Below are positions 1 through 8,825 of a stretch of DNA of 64,000 nucleotides, piece after piece; position 1 is the stretch's first letter; every line of letters starts with the position of its first letter. The DNA is from Candidatus Magasanikbacteria bacterium UBA922 (GTDB lineage Bacteria; Patescibacteriota; Patescibacteriia; Magasanikbacterales; UBA922). A model generated the notes under the pieces. That model saw nothing but the letters and a program-made list of their open reading frames with translations. It was not told where the DNA came from and did no database searches. The stretch covers positions 3,314 through 67,313 of the forward strand of contig DBDW01000001.1 in NCBI GenBank assembly GCA_002293825.1. The letters run 5' to 3'. A program made the position numbers and the translations under genes.

Positions 1-193
1 CACCAAACGGGAAATCTGCGAGCGAAATAGTATACACCTGCTTATTGATGATTCGATAGAAAACGCATTCCAATGCGCAAACGCTGAAAGAAAAATTTTA
101 CTACTCGATCGACCATGGAATCAATCCGAAAAATTACCTGCATCTATTATTCGAGTATTCTCATGGGAGGAAATTGTACAACACATTATATAA
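1..193 (+). CDS. 3' end of a HAD-superfamily 5'(3')-nucleotidase-like protein (truncated by window edge)
   Basis: Frame from nt 2 reads ...IHLLIDDSIENA...LLLDRPWNQ...IRVFSWEEI..*, the typical NT5C-like C-terminus (IDD, PWN, RVxxW); not in the ORF track. Confidence 0.65.
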   Translation, partial: TKREICERNSIHLLIDDSIENAFQCANAERKILLLDRPWNQSEKLPASIIRVFSWEEIVQHII

Positions 194-196
194 TAC

Positions 197-228
197 AAAA
201 AAACACCTCGCTTCCACGAGGTGTTTTT
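197..228. terminator. Bidirectional intrinsic terminator between convergent genes
   Basis: AAAAAAACACCTCG-cttcca-CGAGGTGTTTTT. Confidence 0.8.
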
Positions 229-276
229 ATATTGGGATATTAATTTCACATTTCCCAATTTCTAATTTCTATATTT

Positions 277-2376
277 TTACTTCATCTTTCCACTTGCTAC
301 CAACTGCTCAATATTCTTTGGACATTCAGCGTATTTCGCGAATTCCATCGCATACGTTGCACGTCCCTGAGTCATCGAGCGGAGTCCAGTCGCATAGCCA
401 AACATACTTGCGAGCGGTACCAATGCGCGGATTACTTTTGCAGTTCCACGCTGGGTCATTTCTTCGATCTGTCCACGCTTACTCGACAAATCTCCGATTA
501 CGTCTCCCATGTATTCTTCAGGAGTCGTAACTTCTACTTTCATGATTGGTTCGAGCAGTACTGGGTTTGCTTTCTGAGCTGCTGCTACAAATCCCATACT
601 TCCTGCGAGTTTGAATGCAACTTCACTTGAGTCCACTTCGTGATAACTTCCATCAAACACCGTTACCTTCACATCGAGCAATGGATATCCTGCGACAATT
701 CCTTTTCCTACCGCTTCTTTCACACCTTTTTCAATTGCAGGAATATATTCACGTGGGATAAGACCACCCTTGATCTCGTCTACAAATACCAAGTTTTCAC
801 CCGGATGCGCAGCTTTGTCTTCTTCACTGAGAGGTTCTACACGGAGCCAGCAGTGTCCGTATTGTCCACGTCCACCCGACTGCTTCACATGCTTACCCTC
901 TGCTTCAGCACTCTGGCGAATGGTTTCTTTATACGCTACCTGTGGCGCACCTACTTGTGCCTCCACTTTGAATTCACGGCGCATACGATCGACGATAATA
1001 TCGAGATGCAATTCTCCCATACCTGCGATAATCGTCTGAAGTGTTTCAGGATCACTTGATACTTTGAACGTAGGATCTTCTTCAGCAAGTTTCTGAAGTG
1101 CAATACTCATCTTTTCAGCGTCGCCCTTGGTATTAGGTTCAATAGCAACTGAGATAACTGGTTCTGGGAAGGTCGGTCGTTCGAGTACAGCAGGTCGAGA
1201 TTCTTCACAGAGTGTGTCTCCGGTTGTCGTATTCTTGAGACCAATCGCAGCTGCGATTTCTCCAGCATATACCTGCTCCACATCTTCACGAGTGTTCGCA
1301 TGAAGTCGTACGATACGTCCGATACGCTCCTTGGTACCATTGGTACTGTTGAGCACATAGCTACCAGCTTTTACACTTCCCGAATATACACGGAAGAAGG
1401 TAAGACGTCCGACAAATGGATCAGTAGCAACTTTGAACGCGAGACTTACAAATGGATCCGTATCACTCGATTTGATTTCAATTGTTTTTTCTTCATTGTC
1501 TGGGTCATGCGCCACAATCGTTGGCATGTCTACAGGAGATGGTAAATACGACACTACATTATCGAGTACGAGCTGTACTCCGATATTCTGCAATGCAGTT
1601 CCACACATCACTGGATAGATCTGATCTTTCAATACCATTGATCGAATTGCAGATTTGATTTCTTCAACAGTGAGCTCTTCCCCACCAAGATATTTATTCA
1701 TGAGTTCATCACTTGCTTCAGCCACTTTATCGAGCAATGCAGATCGATATTCAGCCACCTGTGCTTTCATATCTTCAGGAACTTCAAATTCTACCACATT
1801 GATTCCATGATCTCCTTCGAATCGGTATGCTTTTTGTTCAATGATGTCGATAATTCCTTTGAATTCAGATTCCATGCCGATTGGGAGCTGGATTGCAATT
1901 GCATTTGGAGACAATCGAGTTCTGATCGAATTAAGTGTCATGAAGAAATCAGCACCCGTCTTGTCCATTTTGTTTGCAAAACAAATACGTGGCACATGAT
2001 ATTTATCAGCCTGACGCCATACGGTCTCACTTTGTGGCTCTACACCCTGACTTCCATCGAATACTGCGACCGCACCATCAAGTACACGAAGTGAACGCTC
2101 TACTTCTACCGTAAAATCTACGTGACCTGGAGTATCAATCAAATTGATACGATGATTCTTCCAAAAACACGTGGTTGCCGCAGACGTAATCGTGATACCA
2201 CGTTCTTTTTCCTGTTCCATCCAGTCCATTTCAGCTCCACCTTCATGCACTTCTCCGATCTTGTGTTTTTTTCCAGTGTAAAAAAGAATACGTTCAGAAA
2301 CTGTCGTCTTACCTGCATCGATATGCGCCATGATCCCAATATTGCGCACGCGATCAAGTGGATAATCTCGTCCCAT
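277..2376 (-). CDS. fusA: Elongation factor G
   Basis: [37 protein letters not shown]; 699 aa; follows rpsL-rpsG. Confidence 0.99.
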   Translation of the reverse strand: MGRDYPLDRVRNIGIMAHIDAGKTTVSERILFYTGKKHKIGEVHEGGAEMDWMEQEKERGITITSAATTCFWKNHRINLIDTPGHVDFTVEVERSLRVLDGAVAVFDGSQGVEPQSETVWRQADKYHVPRICFANKMDKTGADFFMTLNSIRTRLSPNAIAIQLPIGMESEFKGIIDIIEQKAYRFEGDHGINVVEFEVPEDMKAQVAEYRSALLDKVAEASDELMNKYLGGEELTVEEIKSAIRSMVLKDQIYPVMCGTALQNIGVQLVLDNVVSYLPSPVDMPTIVAHDPDNEEKTIEIKSSDTDPFVSLAFKVATDPFVGRLTFFRVYSGSVKAGSYVLNSTNGTKERIGRIVRLHANTREDVEQVYAGEIAAAIGLKNTTTGDTLCEESRPAVLERPTFPEPVISVAIEPNTKGDAEKMSIALQKLAEEDPTFKVSSDPETLQTIIAGMGELHLDIIVDRMRREFKVEAQVGAPQVAYKETIRQSAEAEGKHVKQSGGRGQYGHCWLRVEPLSEEDKAAHPGENLVFVDEIKGGLIPREYIPAIEKGVKEAVGKGIVAGYPLLDVKVTVFDGSYHEVDSSEVAFKLAGSMGFVAAAQKANPVLLEPIMKVEVTTPEEYMGDVIGDLSSKRGQIEEMTQRGTAKVIRALVPLASMFGYATGLRSMTQGRATYAMEFAKYAECPKNIEQLVASGKMK

Positions 2377-2480
2377 AAAACATTGTTTTAAGTTGAGTAA
2401 AGATTGATATATACCCAGCTACTCGAACAAATGACGTGAATACACGATCACTCATTCGTGCACGAAGTATACTCAAAGTG

Positions 2481-2960
2481 TTAGCGACTAAATCGTGCAA
2501 AATGCGCAAACGCTTTGTTTGCTTCTGCCATGCGATGCATGTCATCACGCTTCTTAATCGCTCCACCATTTCCATCAAGAATATCCAAAAATTCTGCTGC
2601 AAGTTTTTCTGCCATCGTACGTCCTTTGCGTGATTGCGCAGCACCAACAATCCATCGGAATGCAAGTGCATTCTGTCGATTGCCTGACACTGGCATTGGT
2701 ACCTGATAATTAGCACCACCCACACGTCGTGAACGTACTTCGACCTGTGGTCGAACTGTTTCAAGTGTCTGTTCAAACACTTTGATTGGATCAAGTTTCT
2801 TTTTTTCTTTCAAAATATCAAGCGTCTCGTAGACAATATGTTCTGCGGTAGATTTCTTACCGTCTTTCATAACAAAATTGATGAACTTCGCCAGAACCTC
2901 ACTGTTGTACAATGGGTCCGGAGTAGGAGTTCGCTTGACTGCTCGTTTTCCTCGTGACAT
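2481..2960 (-). CDS. rpsG: 30S ribosomal protein S7
   Basis: EVRSRRVGGANYQVP, HRMAEANKAFAHF. Confidence 0.99.
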   Translation of the reverse strand: MSRGKRAVKRTPTPDPLYNSEVLAKFINFVMKDGKKSTAEHIVYETLDILKEKKKLDPIKVFEQTLETVRPQVEVRSRRVGGANYQVPMPVSGNRQNALAFRWIVGAAQSRKGRTMAEKLAAEFLDILDGNGGAIKKRDDMHRMAEANKAFAHFARFSR

Positions 2961-2993
2961 ATCTAATTGAATTTAAAGTGAGTATGATACTAA

Positions 2994-3419
2994 TTACTTC
3001 TTGACCTTAGGTCGCTTAGCTCCATAGATCGAACGACTGCGTCGACGAGCTTCTACACCCTGAGTGTCATACACACCACGTACAATGTGATAGCGCACAC
3101 CCGGCAAGTCTTTTACACGTCCACCACGTACGAGTACGATTGAGTGTTCCTGCAAATTGTGACCTTCACCTGGAATGTAGGCGATAATTTCTGACCCATT
3201 CGAAAGACGAACTTTTGCAACTTTTCGAAGCGCTGAGTTTGGTTTCTTTGGGGTCATAGTGTACACCTTGGTACACACACCACGCTTAAAGGGAGCTCCA
3301 CGGCGGAGTTCGGTACGTTTGCGATGCAAACTATCATAAGTAAACTGTAGCGCTGGAGACTTTGATTTGGTTCTCTTTGAGACCCGTCCCTTGCGCAAAA
3401 TCTGATTCATCGTAGGCAT
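2994..3419 (-). CDS. rpsL: 30S ribosomal protein S12
   Basis: MPTMNQ start at 3419; [22 protein letters not shown]. Confidence 0.99.
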   Translation of the reverse strand: MPTMNQILRKGRVSKRTKSKSPALQFTYDSLHRKRTELRRGAPFKRGVCTKVYTMTPKKPNSALRKVAKVRLSNGSEIIAYIPGEGHNLQEHSIVLVRGGRVKDLPGVRYHIVRGVYDTQGVEARRRSRSIYGAKRPKVKK

Positions 3420-3605
3420 AAGTATCCTATCAAATAAATAAATTACGCGTGAATAAATAAAACATGCCCAACTGAAGGGCACGTTCGGACAAACAAAACT
3501 AGTGTTTATCGAACGTTTGAGAGCTATGGACAGCTCTGAGACGCTTCACCCTCGCTAATCACGAGAATTACTACGTTCTACTGCATCTCATACGATGCGT
3601 AGACC

Positions 3606-3634
3606 ATACTACAGGATAAACCACTCTCTGTCAA
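3606..3634 (-). promoter_or_regulatory. Sigma70-type promoter of the rpsL operon
   Basis: Minus strand TTGACA-17 nt-TAGTAT. Confidence 0.7.
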
Positions 3635-3718
3635 TAGAGTCTGGGAACTGTATTGAGCCCACACCTAAAATATAGTACCATGTGTCCGGGACAGCTCGAT
3701 CATGAGCTATGGAGGGGT

Positions 3719-4675
3719 ATGGAAAAACAAAAACACATCATCGAAACCCAGCAATTCGATCTACCACGGATCGAGCGGCTGTTCGAACAAACACGTCGTG
3801 TACAACGGAGTCTCGAAACAGGAAACAGACACGAGTTCGGATATTCTCTCAAAGGGCGAAGTATGATCTCTCTGTTCTACGAGCCGTCTACGCGAACTCG
3901 AATCTCATTCGAACGCGCAGCTCAGCTGTGTGGAATGAATGTGTGTGGCACTGAAAACGCAGGTGAATTCTCGTCTGCCGCAAAAGGCGAAACGCTCGAA
4001 GACAGTATTCGGACACTCACAGGATACTACCCTGACGTGATCGTGCTCCGGCACAAAGAAACCGGCGCTGCACAACGAGCGGCAGATACGATCGATCGCT
4101 ACCAGCTACCTGTGCACGTCATCAACGGAGGTGATGGTACCGGACAGCACCCTACACAAGCACTCCTCGATCTCTACACCATCTGGGAATCCAGAAAAGA
4201 AAGAATCGAGAATGTGCATGTGGTGATGGGAGGAGATCTTGCACACGGCCGGACCGTGCACTCACTCGCCTACGTGCTTGCCAAGTATAGCACTGTGCAT
4301 TTCACATTCGTAGCTCCTACTGAGCTGCAAATGAAGAAAGAGATCACCGACTACCTCACTCGCCATGGAATAAGATACACACTTGAGACAGACCCAAAAA
4401 CTGTGTTGAGAGACGCAGATGTGGTGTACTGGACTCGCCTGCAGAAGGAACGACTCGATCCGAAACTTCGAGAAGACATCGAACGACACGGAATGTACCA
4501 AATCGGTCAATCCGAAGTCGACATGATGAAACCAGATGCACTGATCCTCCACCCACTCCCTCGAGTGGGAGAAATCTCGACCGAGATCGATGACGATCCT
4601 CGCGCACAGTACTTCAAGCAAGCGCAAAACGGACTGTATGTCCGCATGGCGCTCCTGCTCGAACTGCTCGGGTGA
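3719..4675 (+). CDS. pyrB: Aspartate carbamoyltransferase catalytic subunit
   Basis: FYEPSTRTRISFE, HPTQALLD, RLQKER, HPLPR; GGAGGGG SD before ATG 3719. Confidence 0.95.
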   Translation: MEKQKHIIETQQFDLPRIERLFEQTRRVQRSLETGNRHEFGYSLKGRSMISLFYEPSTRTRISFERAAQLCGMNVCGTENAGEFSSAAKGETLEDSIRTLTGYYPDVIVLRHKETGAAQRAADTIDRYQLPVHVINGGDGTGQHPTQALLDLYTIWESRKERIENVHVVMGGDLAHGRTVHSLAYVLAKYSTVHFTFVAPTELQMKKEITDYLTRHGIRYTLETDPKTVLRDADVVYWTRLQKERLDPKLREDIERHGMYQIGQSEVDMMKPDALILHPLPRVGEISTEIDDDPRAQYFKQAQNGLYVRMALLLELLG

Positions 4676-4682
4676 TACTACA

Positions 4683-4712
4683 ACGCCGACTCTACTCCAG
4701 AGTCGGCGTCTT
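4683..4712. terminator. Terminator hairpin after pyrB
   Basis: ACGCCGACTCT-actcc-AGAGTCGGCGT. Confidence 0.7.
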
Positions 4713-4738
4713 CTATATAATGCGAAACTATTACAGGA

Positions 4739-5356
4739 TCAAAAACGCACAGCATTCCCTACCAATAACTGCACCACATACTGTACCGCCGGGCTGATTA
4801 CTCCAGGAAATAAGATAATAAAACCAAACAAAATAAACATTCCGTATCGCTCGAGTGTCTCTTTCACTTTCCACAATGAATCAGGTAATACTGCATACAG
4901 TACTTTTGACCCATCAAGCGGAGGAATTGGTAATAAATTAAAGATTGCTAGCCCGACATTGGCATAGACAATAATCAATAAGAACATGGTGATATCCCCA
5001 ATCGGCATGAGACGAATAAGTATTGCAAAGACCGCTGCCAACACCAAATTCGAAAGAGGGCCCGCAAGCGCTACCCACACCGGGCCCGTCCGTTGGTTTT
5101 TCAAATTATACGGATTATATGGTACTGGTTTTGCATACGCAAACAAAAATCGCCCACCCGTCGAAATATACAATAATACAGGCAACAGTATGGTACCCCA
5201 CAAGTCGACATGAGATTTCGGATTGAGGGTAAGCCTGCCTGCATAGCGGGCAGTAGGGTCACCCATACGGTCGGCAACCCATCCATGCATATATTCATGG
5301 ATAACGGCCGACGGAATAATCACAGCGAGATAAAACAATGAAATAATAGGATCCAT
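4739..5356 (-). CDS. Site-2 protease (M50) family membrane metalloprotease
   Basis: HEYMHG, AGPLSN, FNLLPIPPLDG. Confidence 0.93.
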   Translation of the reverse strand: MDPIISLFYLAVIIPSAVIHEYMHGWVADRMGDPTARYAGRLTLNPKSHVDLWGTILLPVLLYISTGGRFLFAYAKPVPYNPYNLKNQRTGPVWVALAGPLSNLVLAAVFAILIRLMPIGDITMFLLIIVYANVGLAIFNLLPIPPLDGSKVLYAVLPDSLWKVKETLERYGMFILFGFIILFPGVISPAVQYVVQLLVGNAVRF

Positions 5357-5449
5357 ACAATAGTTCTTGACAAAAAGCGGAAAATAACATACACTGTTCC
5401 GCATAACGTGTACACAGTATATCTTCTACTCGTCTTTAACGTCAACCAT

Positions 5450-5617
5450 ATGCGAAAATGCGAACTCTGCAAAAAAGGGACAGTCAGCGCAGCAAATCGA
5501 AGTCACTCAAATGTAAAAACACTTCGAAAGCAGCATGCCAACCTTCAAAAATTCATGGGAATGGTGTTGTGCAGTACCTGCCGAAGAACGATCAAAAAGC
5601 AGAACGCATCAGCATAA
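5450..5617 (+). CDS. rpmB: 50S ribosomal protein L28 (short, CxxC/CxxC form)
   Basis: MRKCELCKK...NRSHSNVKTLR...NLQ...CSTC. Confidence 0.85.
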   Translation: MRKCELCKKGTVSAANRSHSNVKTLRKQHANLQKFMGMVLCSTCRRTIKKQNASA

Positions 5618-5634
5618 TGCATTCAACTGAATTT

Positions 5635-5668
5635 AAAAAATCCCCAGAGAATTCTCTGGGGATTTTTT
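5635..5668. terminator. Bidirectional terminator
   Basis: Perfect palindrome AAAAAATCCCCAGAGAATTCTCTGGGGATTTTTT. Confidence 0.8.
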
Positions 5669-5673
5669 GTATC

Positions 5674-6591
5674 TTACACACTCATCTGATGTGCAAACGG
5701 ACGCTTCATATCTGCATTACCAAGAACAATCGCCTCACACGCAGTAGAACATGCTCCGTGCAATCGTGTGTGACAAGTGTCACACCCAATAAACAATGCA
5801 TTACATTCTTTATACACACAATTGCGATAAGTGTCGCAGAGCGTGTCACACACCGCACACTTACCTACAACAACCGCACTATCTGTGGTGTTTATTGGCA
5901 ACACCATACGATCATCGAAGGTAAAACATTTACCTTCGAAAAATCCTTCGTTTCCATATTTTTCTGCGTATTTTACAATTCCACCTTCCAATTGATAGGT
6001 GCGTTTTGGATCAAACCCATGAGCAACAAACAGCGCACTCGCAGGCTCACAGCGAATCCCGCCCGTGCAATACATGACTACTTTTTTATCCTTAAACTGA
6101 TCATAAAAACCCATGTTGTCTTTCAAATCTCGAAAATAACTCACCGGAGGATTGATCGAGTTTTTGAACCTACCTACCGCCCATTCATAATCATTACGCA
6201 TGTCGATAAGTACCATATCTTCTCCTCGAAGGAGCCACTGATGAAATGTGTCTCTGTCTACATGTTTCCCACGCTTGGTCCAGTCAATATGATCTTTGAT
6301 TTCTGTCGTAATAATTTCATCGCGATATCGCACACGCAATTTTGGAAATGGAAGAAAATCAGCAATATGCTCTTTCCAATCAATATCTTTGTAAAGACGG
6401 TGCTGATCCATATACGCACGATACAACTCAATAGATTCTTTGGTACCACCAATATTTCCATTGATTCCATAATCACCAATCAAAATCCGACCCTTGATAC
6501 CCAAAGCCACACAAATCTCTTTGTGCATTTCTACCTCTTTTGCAGGATTTTTGATGTTGACGATTTTGTAATACAACAAGGTGTGATACAT
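5674..6591 (-). CDS. trhO: Rhodanese-domain tRNA uridine(34) hydroxylase (UPF0176/YceA)
   Basis: GRILI..GING, DMRNDYE..GRF, YCTGGIRCE, YQLEGGI, C-terminal Cys cluster. Confidence 0.9.
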   Translation of the reverse strand: MYHTLLYYKIVNIKNPAKEVEMHKEICVALGIKGRILIGDYGINGNIGGTKESIELYRAYMDQHRLYKDIDWKEHIADFLPFPKLRVRYRDEIITTEIKDHIDWTKRGKHVDRDTFHQWLLRGEDMVLIDMRNDYEWAVGRFKNSINPPVSYFRDLKDNMGFYDQFKDKKVVMYCTGGIRCEPASALFVAHGFDPKRTYQLEGGIVKYAEKYGNEGFFEGKCFTFDDRMVLPINTTDSAVVVGKCAVCDTLCDTYRNCVYKECNALFIGCDTCHTRLHGACSTACEAIVLGNADMKRPFAHQMSV

Positions 6592-6709
6592 ACTTCAAAT
6601 TCAAAACTGTAACTAAAATCTTAAAAATTTTAAAGAAATCAATATATCTAGTTTTATTTTTTAATTATCACATTACGTTTTGACAGACAAACGTTGGATT
6701 CATCGCTTG

Positions 6710-6783
6710 TCGGGCTGACACGACTTGAACGTGCGACCTCATGACCCCCAGCCATGCGCTCTAGCCAACTGAGCTACAGCCCG
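6710..6783 (-). tRNA. tRNA-Pro(GGG), CCA not encoded
   Basis: Reverse complement CGGGCTGTAGCTCAGTTGGCTAGAGCG-CATGG-CTGGGGG-TCATG-AGGTCGCACGTTCAAGTCGTGTCAGCCCGA; cloverleaf with GTTCAA T-loop. Confidence 0.95.
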
Positions 6784-6941
6784 ATAGATACTGCATTACT
6801 TCATGTCCCAATGCCTGAAAACGCTACATTCATATTAGATCTACTCAGTTCACTTTACACGACTACTGACCTACTGAGCCATACTCCGATTTCTCATCTC
6901 GTACACAGTACGCTATACAGATGCAGTTCACATACTAAACT

Positions 6942-6966
6942 AAAAAACTCTTTTTTTCAAGAGTTC
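6942..6966 (-). terminator. Terminator after the 6S-like RNA
   Basis: Minus strand AACTCTT-gaaaa-AAGAGTT followed by a T run. Confidence 0.6.
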
Positions 6967-6970
6967 ATTA

Positions 6971-7123
6971 GTGACCGCGGAGCGGAAGCGTACGAAATAC
7001 TACTCCTAAACTAGTTAGGTGGGTAGCCGCACACCAGGCCCACGGGCCGGGAAAATATAGGCCTCCCAATGGCAGTATTTTGTAGAATAGTATATGTACG
7101 ACTTCCTGCGTATACCGTGGTCT
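6971..7123 (-). ncRNA. ssrS: 6S RNA (compact, ~150 nt)
   Basis: Long closing stem (GACCACGG/CCGCGGTC, GGAAG/CTTCC, CGTAC/GTACG, ATACTA/TAGTAT), central bubble, and TTGGGAGG...CTACCCACCT resembling the 6S GGGAGC/CACCCACCT core; own promoter and terminator. Confidence 0.75.
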
Positions 7124-7128
7124 TTTTT

Positions 7129-7157
7129 ACTATAACAACAGAATGAAAAACATGCAA
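7129..7157 (-). promoter_or_regulatory. Sigma70-type promoter of the 6S-like RNA
   Basis: Minus strand TTGCAT-17 nt-TATAGT ending 6 nt before the closing stem. Confidence 0.7.
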
Positions 7158-7300
7158 ACCCTCTGTGACCGAAAAATATTGGGTTACAACATACTGGTAC
7201 CATGCTATCCCCTATATTCCTTACACAGGACATATACAGGACAGCAGGCGATCGAAAAGCATTCACTCTTCGATCGCCACAGAACATGCAGAAGCTTTCT

Positions 7301-7615
7301 CTAGTCTTCAGCGCCGACCTCATCACTCGCACCACGTTTTGACGCACTCGCAGTAATGCGCGCAAACGCAGTAAGGATGCTTCCTGCCGGAAATTTGGTA
7401 ACCTGACCACAGCGTGCACAGAGCACTTCATCATCAGGAAACTCATTTCCAAACAGGAACACCGAGACACGCTGAGAAGACTTGCAGCTCCCACAATTGA
7501 ACCAATGTTTGACATGACCCACGATCAGAAGCACTTCCTGCCGAACCTCAGAAGAGATCGACGGAAAGACAGGCTGCATTGCATGTCGTACCAGTGTCCG
7601 ATCCACGTGCTTCAT
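7301..7615 (-). CDS. Hypothetical Zn-ribbon protein
   Basis: CGSC...CARC; GAGGAGGTG SD upstream. Confidence 0.6.
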   Translation of the reverse strand: MKHVDRTLVRHAMQPVFPSISSEVRQEVLLIVGHVKHWFNCGSCKSSQRVSVFLFGNEFPDDEVLCARCGQVTKFPAGSILTAFARITASASKRGASDEVGAED

Positions 7616-7660
7616 CGAATCACCTCCTCATGTGTGACGACCATGATGTGAGCGATCACA

Positions 7661-7897
7661 CTACTGCTGCGTCACGTCACGGAATCGATGATCGAGATGA
7701 TCCTTGTTGCGACGCACGCAGGTCATGATCTCCTCATCACTCGGGACTTCGAAACGATCCGAAGGAAAACGAGTAGGAGTACGCTCCGAAGAGCGAGGAG
7801 TAGTCAAAGGCTCAGAAGAAGATTGGTTTTCAGGCATGAGAGACTCCACGGACGGTAGTGGCTGAGGTAGTGTAATTCCCACTGCGGGTTTTATCAC
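7661..7897 (-). CDS. Hypothetical protein (Pro/Ser-rich N-terminus)
   Basis: 78-aa ORF co-oriented with 7301..7615; start uncertain. Confidence 0.4.
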   Translation of the reverse strand: MIKPAVGITLPQPLPSVESLMPENQSSSEPLTTPRSSERTPTRFPSDRFEVPSDEEIMTCVRRNKDHLDHRFRDVTQQ

Positions 7898-8143
7898 TCC
7901 TCGACAGACAGACTCCGTGACACGTACATCGTATTATACGGATCACAGAACCTGTCTGTTTTTTCCCACATGTTCATATAGAAAAGAACGCCACAGAACC
8001 CTCCACGCTCTGCATCCCCAATTTAGGGATGTGAACACATACACGAGTACATACTCACATCCATAAACTTTTTTAAAAAAAGACCCCATACATTCTCATG
8101 CACAGGGTCATTCTGATCACTATTTGAATCCAGTAAATCCATC

Positions 8144-8251
8144 TCAAACAGTATTGACCCTATGCACGTAATCGAGCACCATTGCAAAGCAAAAATTCAC
8201 CTTGCCGAGGCGCTTGATCATGAGGGTAATAATGTAAGAAGTATAATTCAT
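8144..8251 (-). CDS. Putative 35-aa peptide (or sRNA) in a stand-alone transcription unit
   Basis: Promoter TTGACG-17-TATAGT (8276-8304) upstream; terminator GACCCTGTGCAT/ATGTATGGGGTC plus T run (~8076-8109) downstream. Confidence 0.35.
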   Translation of the reverse strand: MNYTSYIITLMIKRLGKVNFCFAMVLDYVHRVNTV

Positions 8252-8327
8252 AACTATATATAAAACACATAATTGACTATAACCCCGCCCAACACCGTCG
8301 TCAAGGAATTTGAACAGACTTATCCAC

Positions 8328-8372
8328 AAGTCTTAAAGTTTTTAAAGTAATTAAAGTTGTTGAGATTATAAA
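8328..8372. repeat. Degenerate 9-mer tandem array downstream of the four-helix-bundle gene
   Basis: aagtcttaa agtttttaa agtaattaa agttgttga gattataaa. Confidence 0.65.
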
Positions 8373-8378
8373 AAATAA

Positions 8379-8729
8379 TTATTGCTGAGACATGATAAGT
8401 CGGCTCAACAGATACCCCACTTCCCTGCGTTTTTTATCAAGAAACACATATTGTTCATGAGTAATATATTCAAGTGCTAATGCAAGATCTAAATAACACT
8501 CGCATTCATTCAAGGATCCACTTGAAATATATAAAAATTTCAAAAAATCTTTTTTAGTTGGTTTTGATTGACCTTCTGCAATATTTGCAATCACTGAAAC
8601 CCCCGCTCGACGAAACTGAGAAGTAAGACCATGTGTTTCTTCCTTTGGAAACAAAAGAGTAAGGCGATATATCAATCGAACAAATTCAAATCCCCTATTA
8701 TAGACCAACAAATCTTTATAACTACTCAT
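8379..8729 (-). CDS. Four-helix-bundle protein (23S rRNA IVS protein/bAvd-like family)
   Basis: YKDLLVY, FPKEE.HGLTSQFRRAGVSV.ANIAEG, FL.IS.GSL.E. Confidence 0.92.
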   Translation of the reverse strand: MSSYKDLLVYNRGFEFVRLIYRLTLLFPKEETHGLTSQFRRAGVSVIANIAEGQSKPTKKDFLKFLYISSGSLNECECYLDLALALEYITHEQYVFLDKKRREVGYLLSRLIMSQQ

Positions 8730-8730
8730 A

Positions 8731-8765
8731 TAAAAAACTTGCAGTAAGTATACTGCAAGTTTTTT
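8731..8765. terminator. Terminator after ndk, directly before the four-helix-bundle start codon
   Basis: AAAAAACTTGCAGTA-agta-TACTGCAAGTTTTTT. Confidence 0.75.
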
Positions 8766-8775
8766 ATTTATTACA

Positions 8776-8820
8776 ATTCAAACCTCACCAACATCAACAA
8801 CCTCATCCACCTCTTCAACC
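8776..8820. repeat. Degenerate 9-mer tandem array upstream of the four-helix-bundle gene, inverted relative to 8328-8372
   Basis: attcaaacc tcaccaaca tcaacaacc tcatccacc tcttcaacc. Confidence 0.7.
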
Positions 8821-8825
8821 TCAAA

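Noticed and set aside
5458-6612. 384-aa plus-strand ORF
   Set aside because: Antisense shadow of trhO that also overlaps rpmB and crosses a terminator; no recognisable motifs
7015-7515. 166-aa minus-strand ORF
   Set aside because: Overlaps the SD-led Zn-ribbon gene out of frame and runs through the 6S-like RNA and its promoter
8320-8328. Replication origin suggested by DnaA boxes (also 32599-32607)
   Set aside because: Isolated single boxes beside promoters, with no cluster and no dnaA/dnaN
8379-8729. Diversity-generating retroelement suggested by the Avd-like protein
   Set aside because: No reverse transcriptase and no TR/VR repeat pair seen in the window
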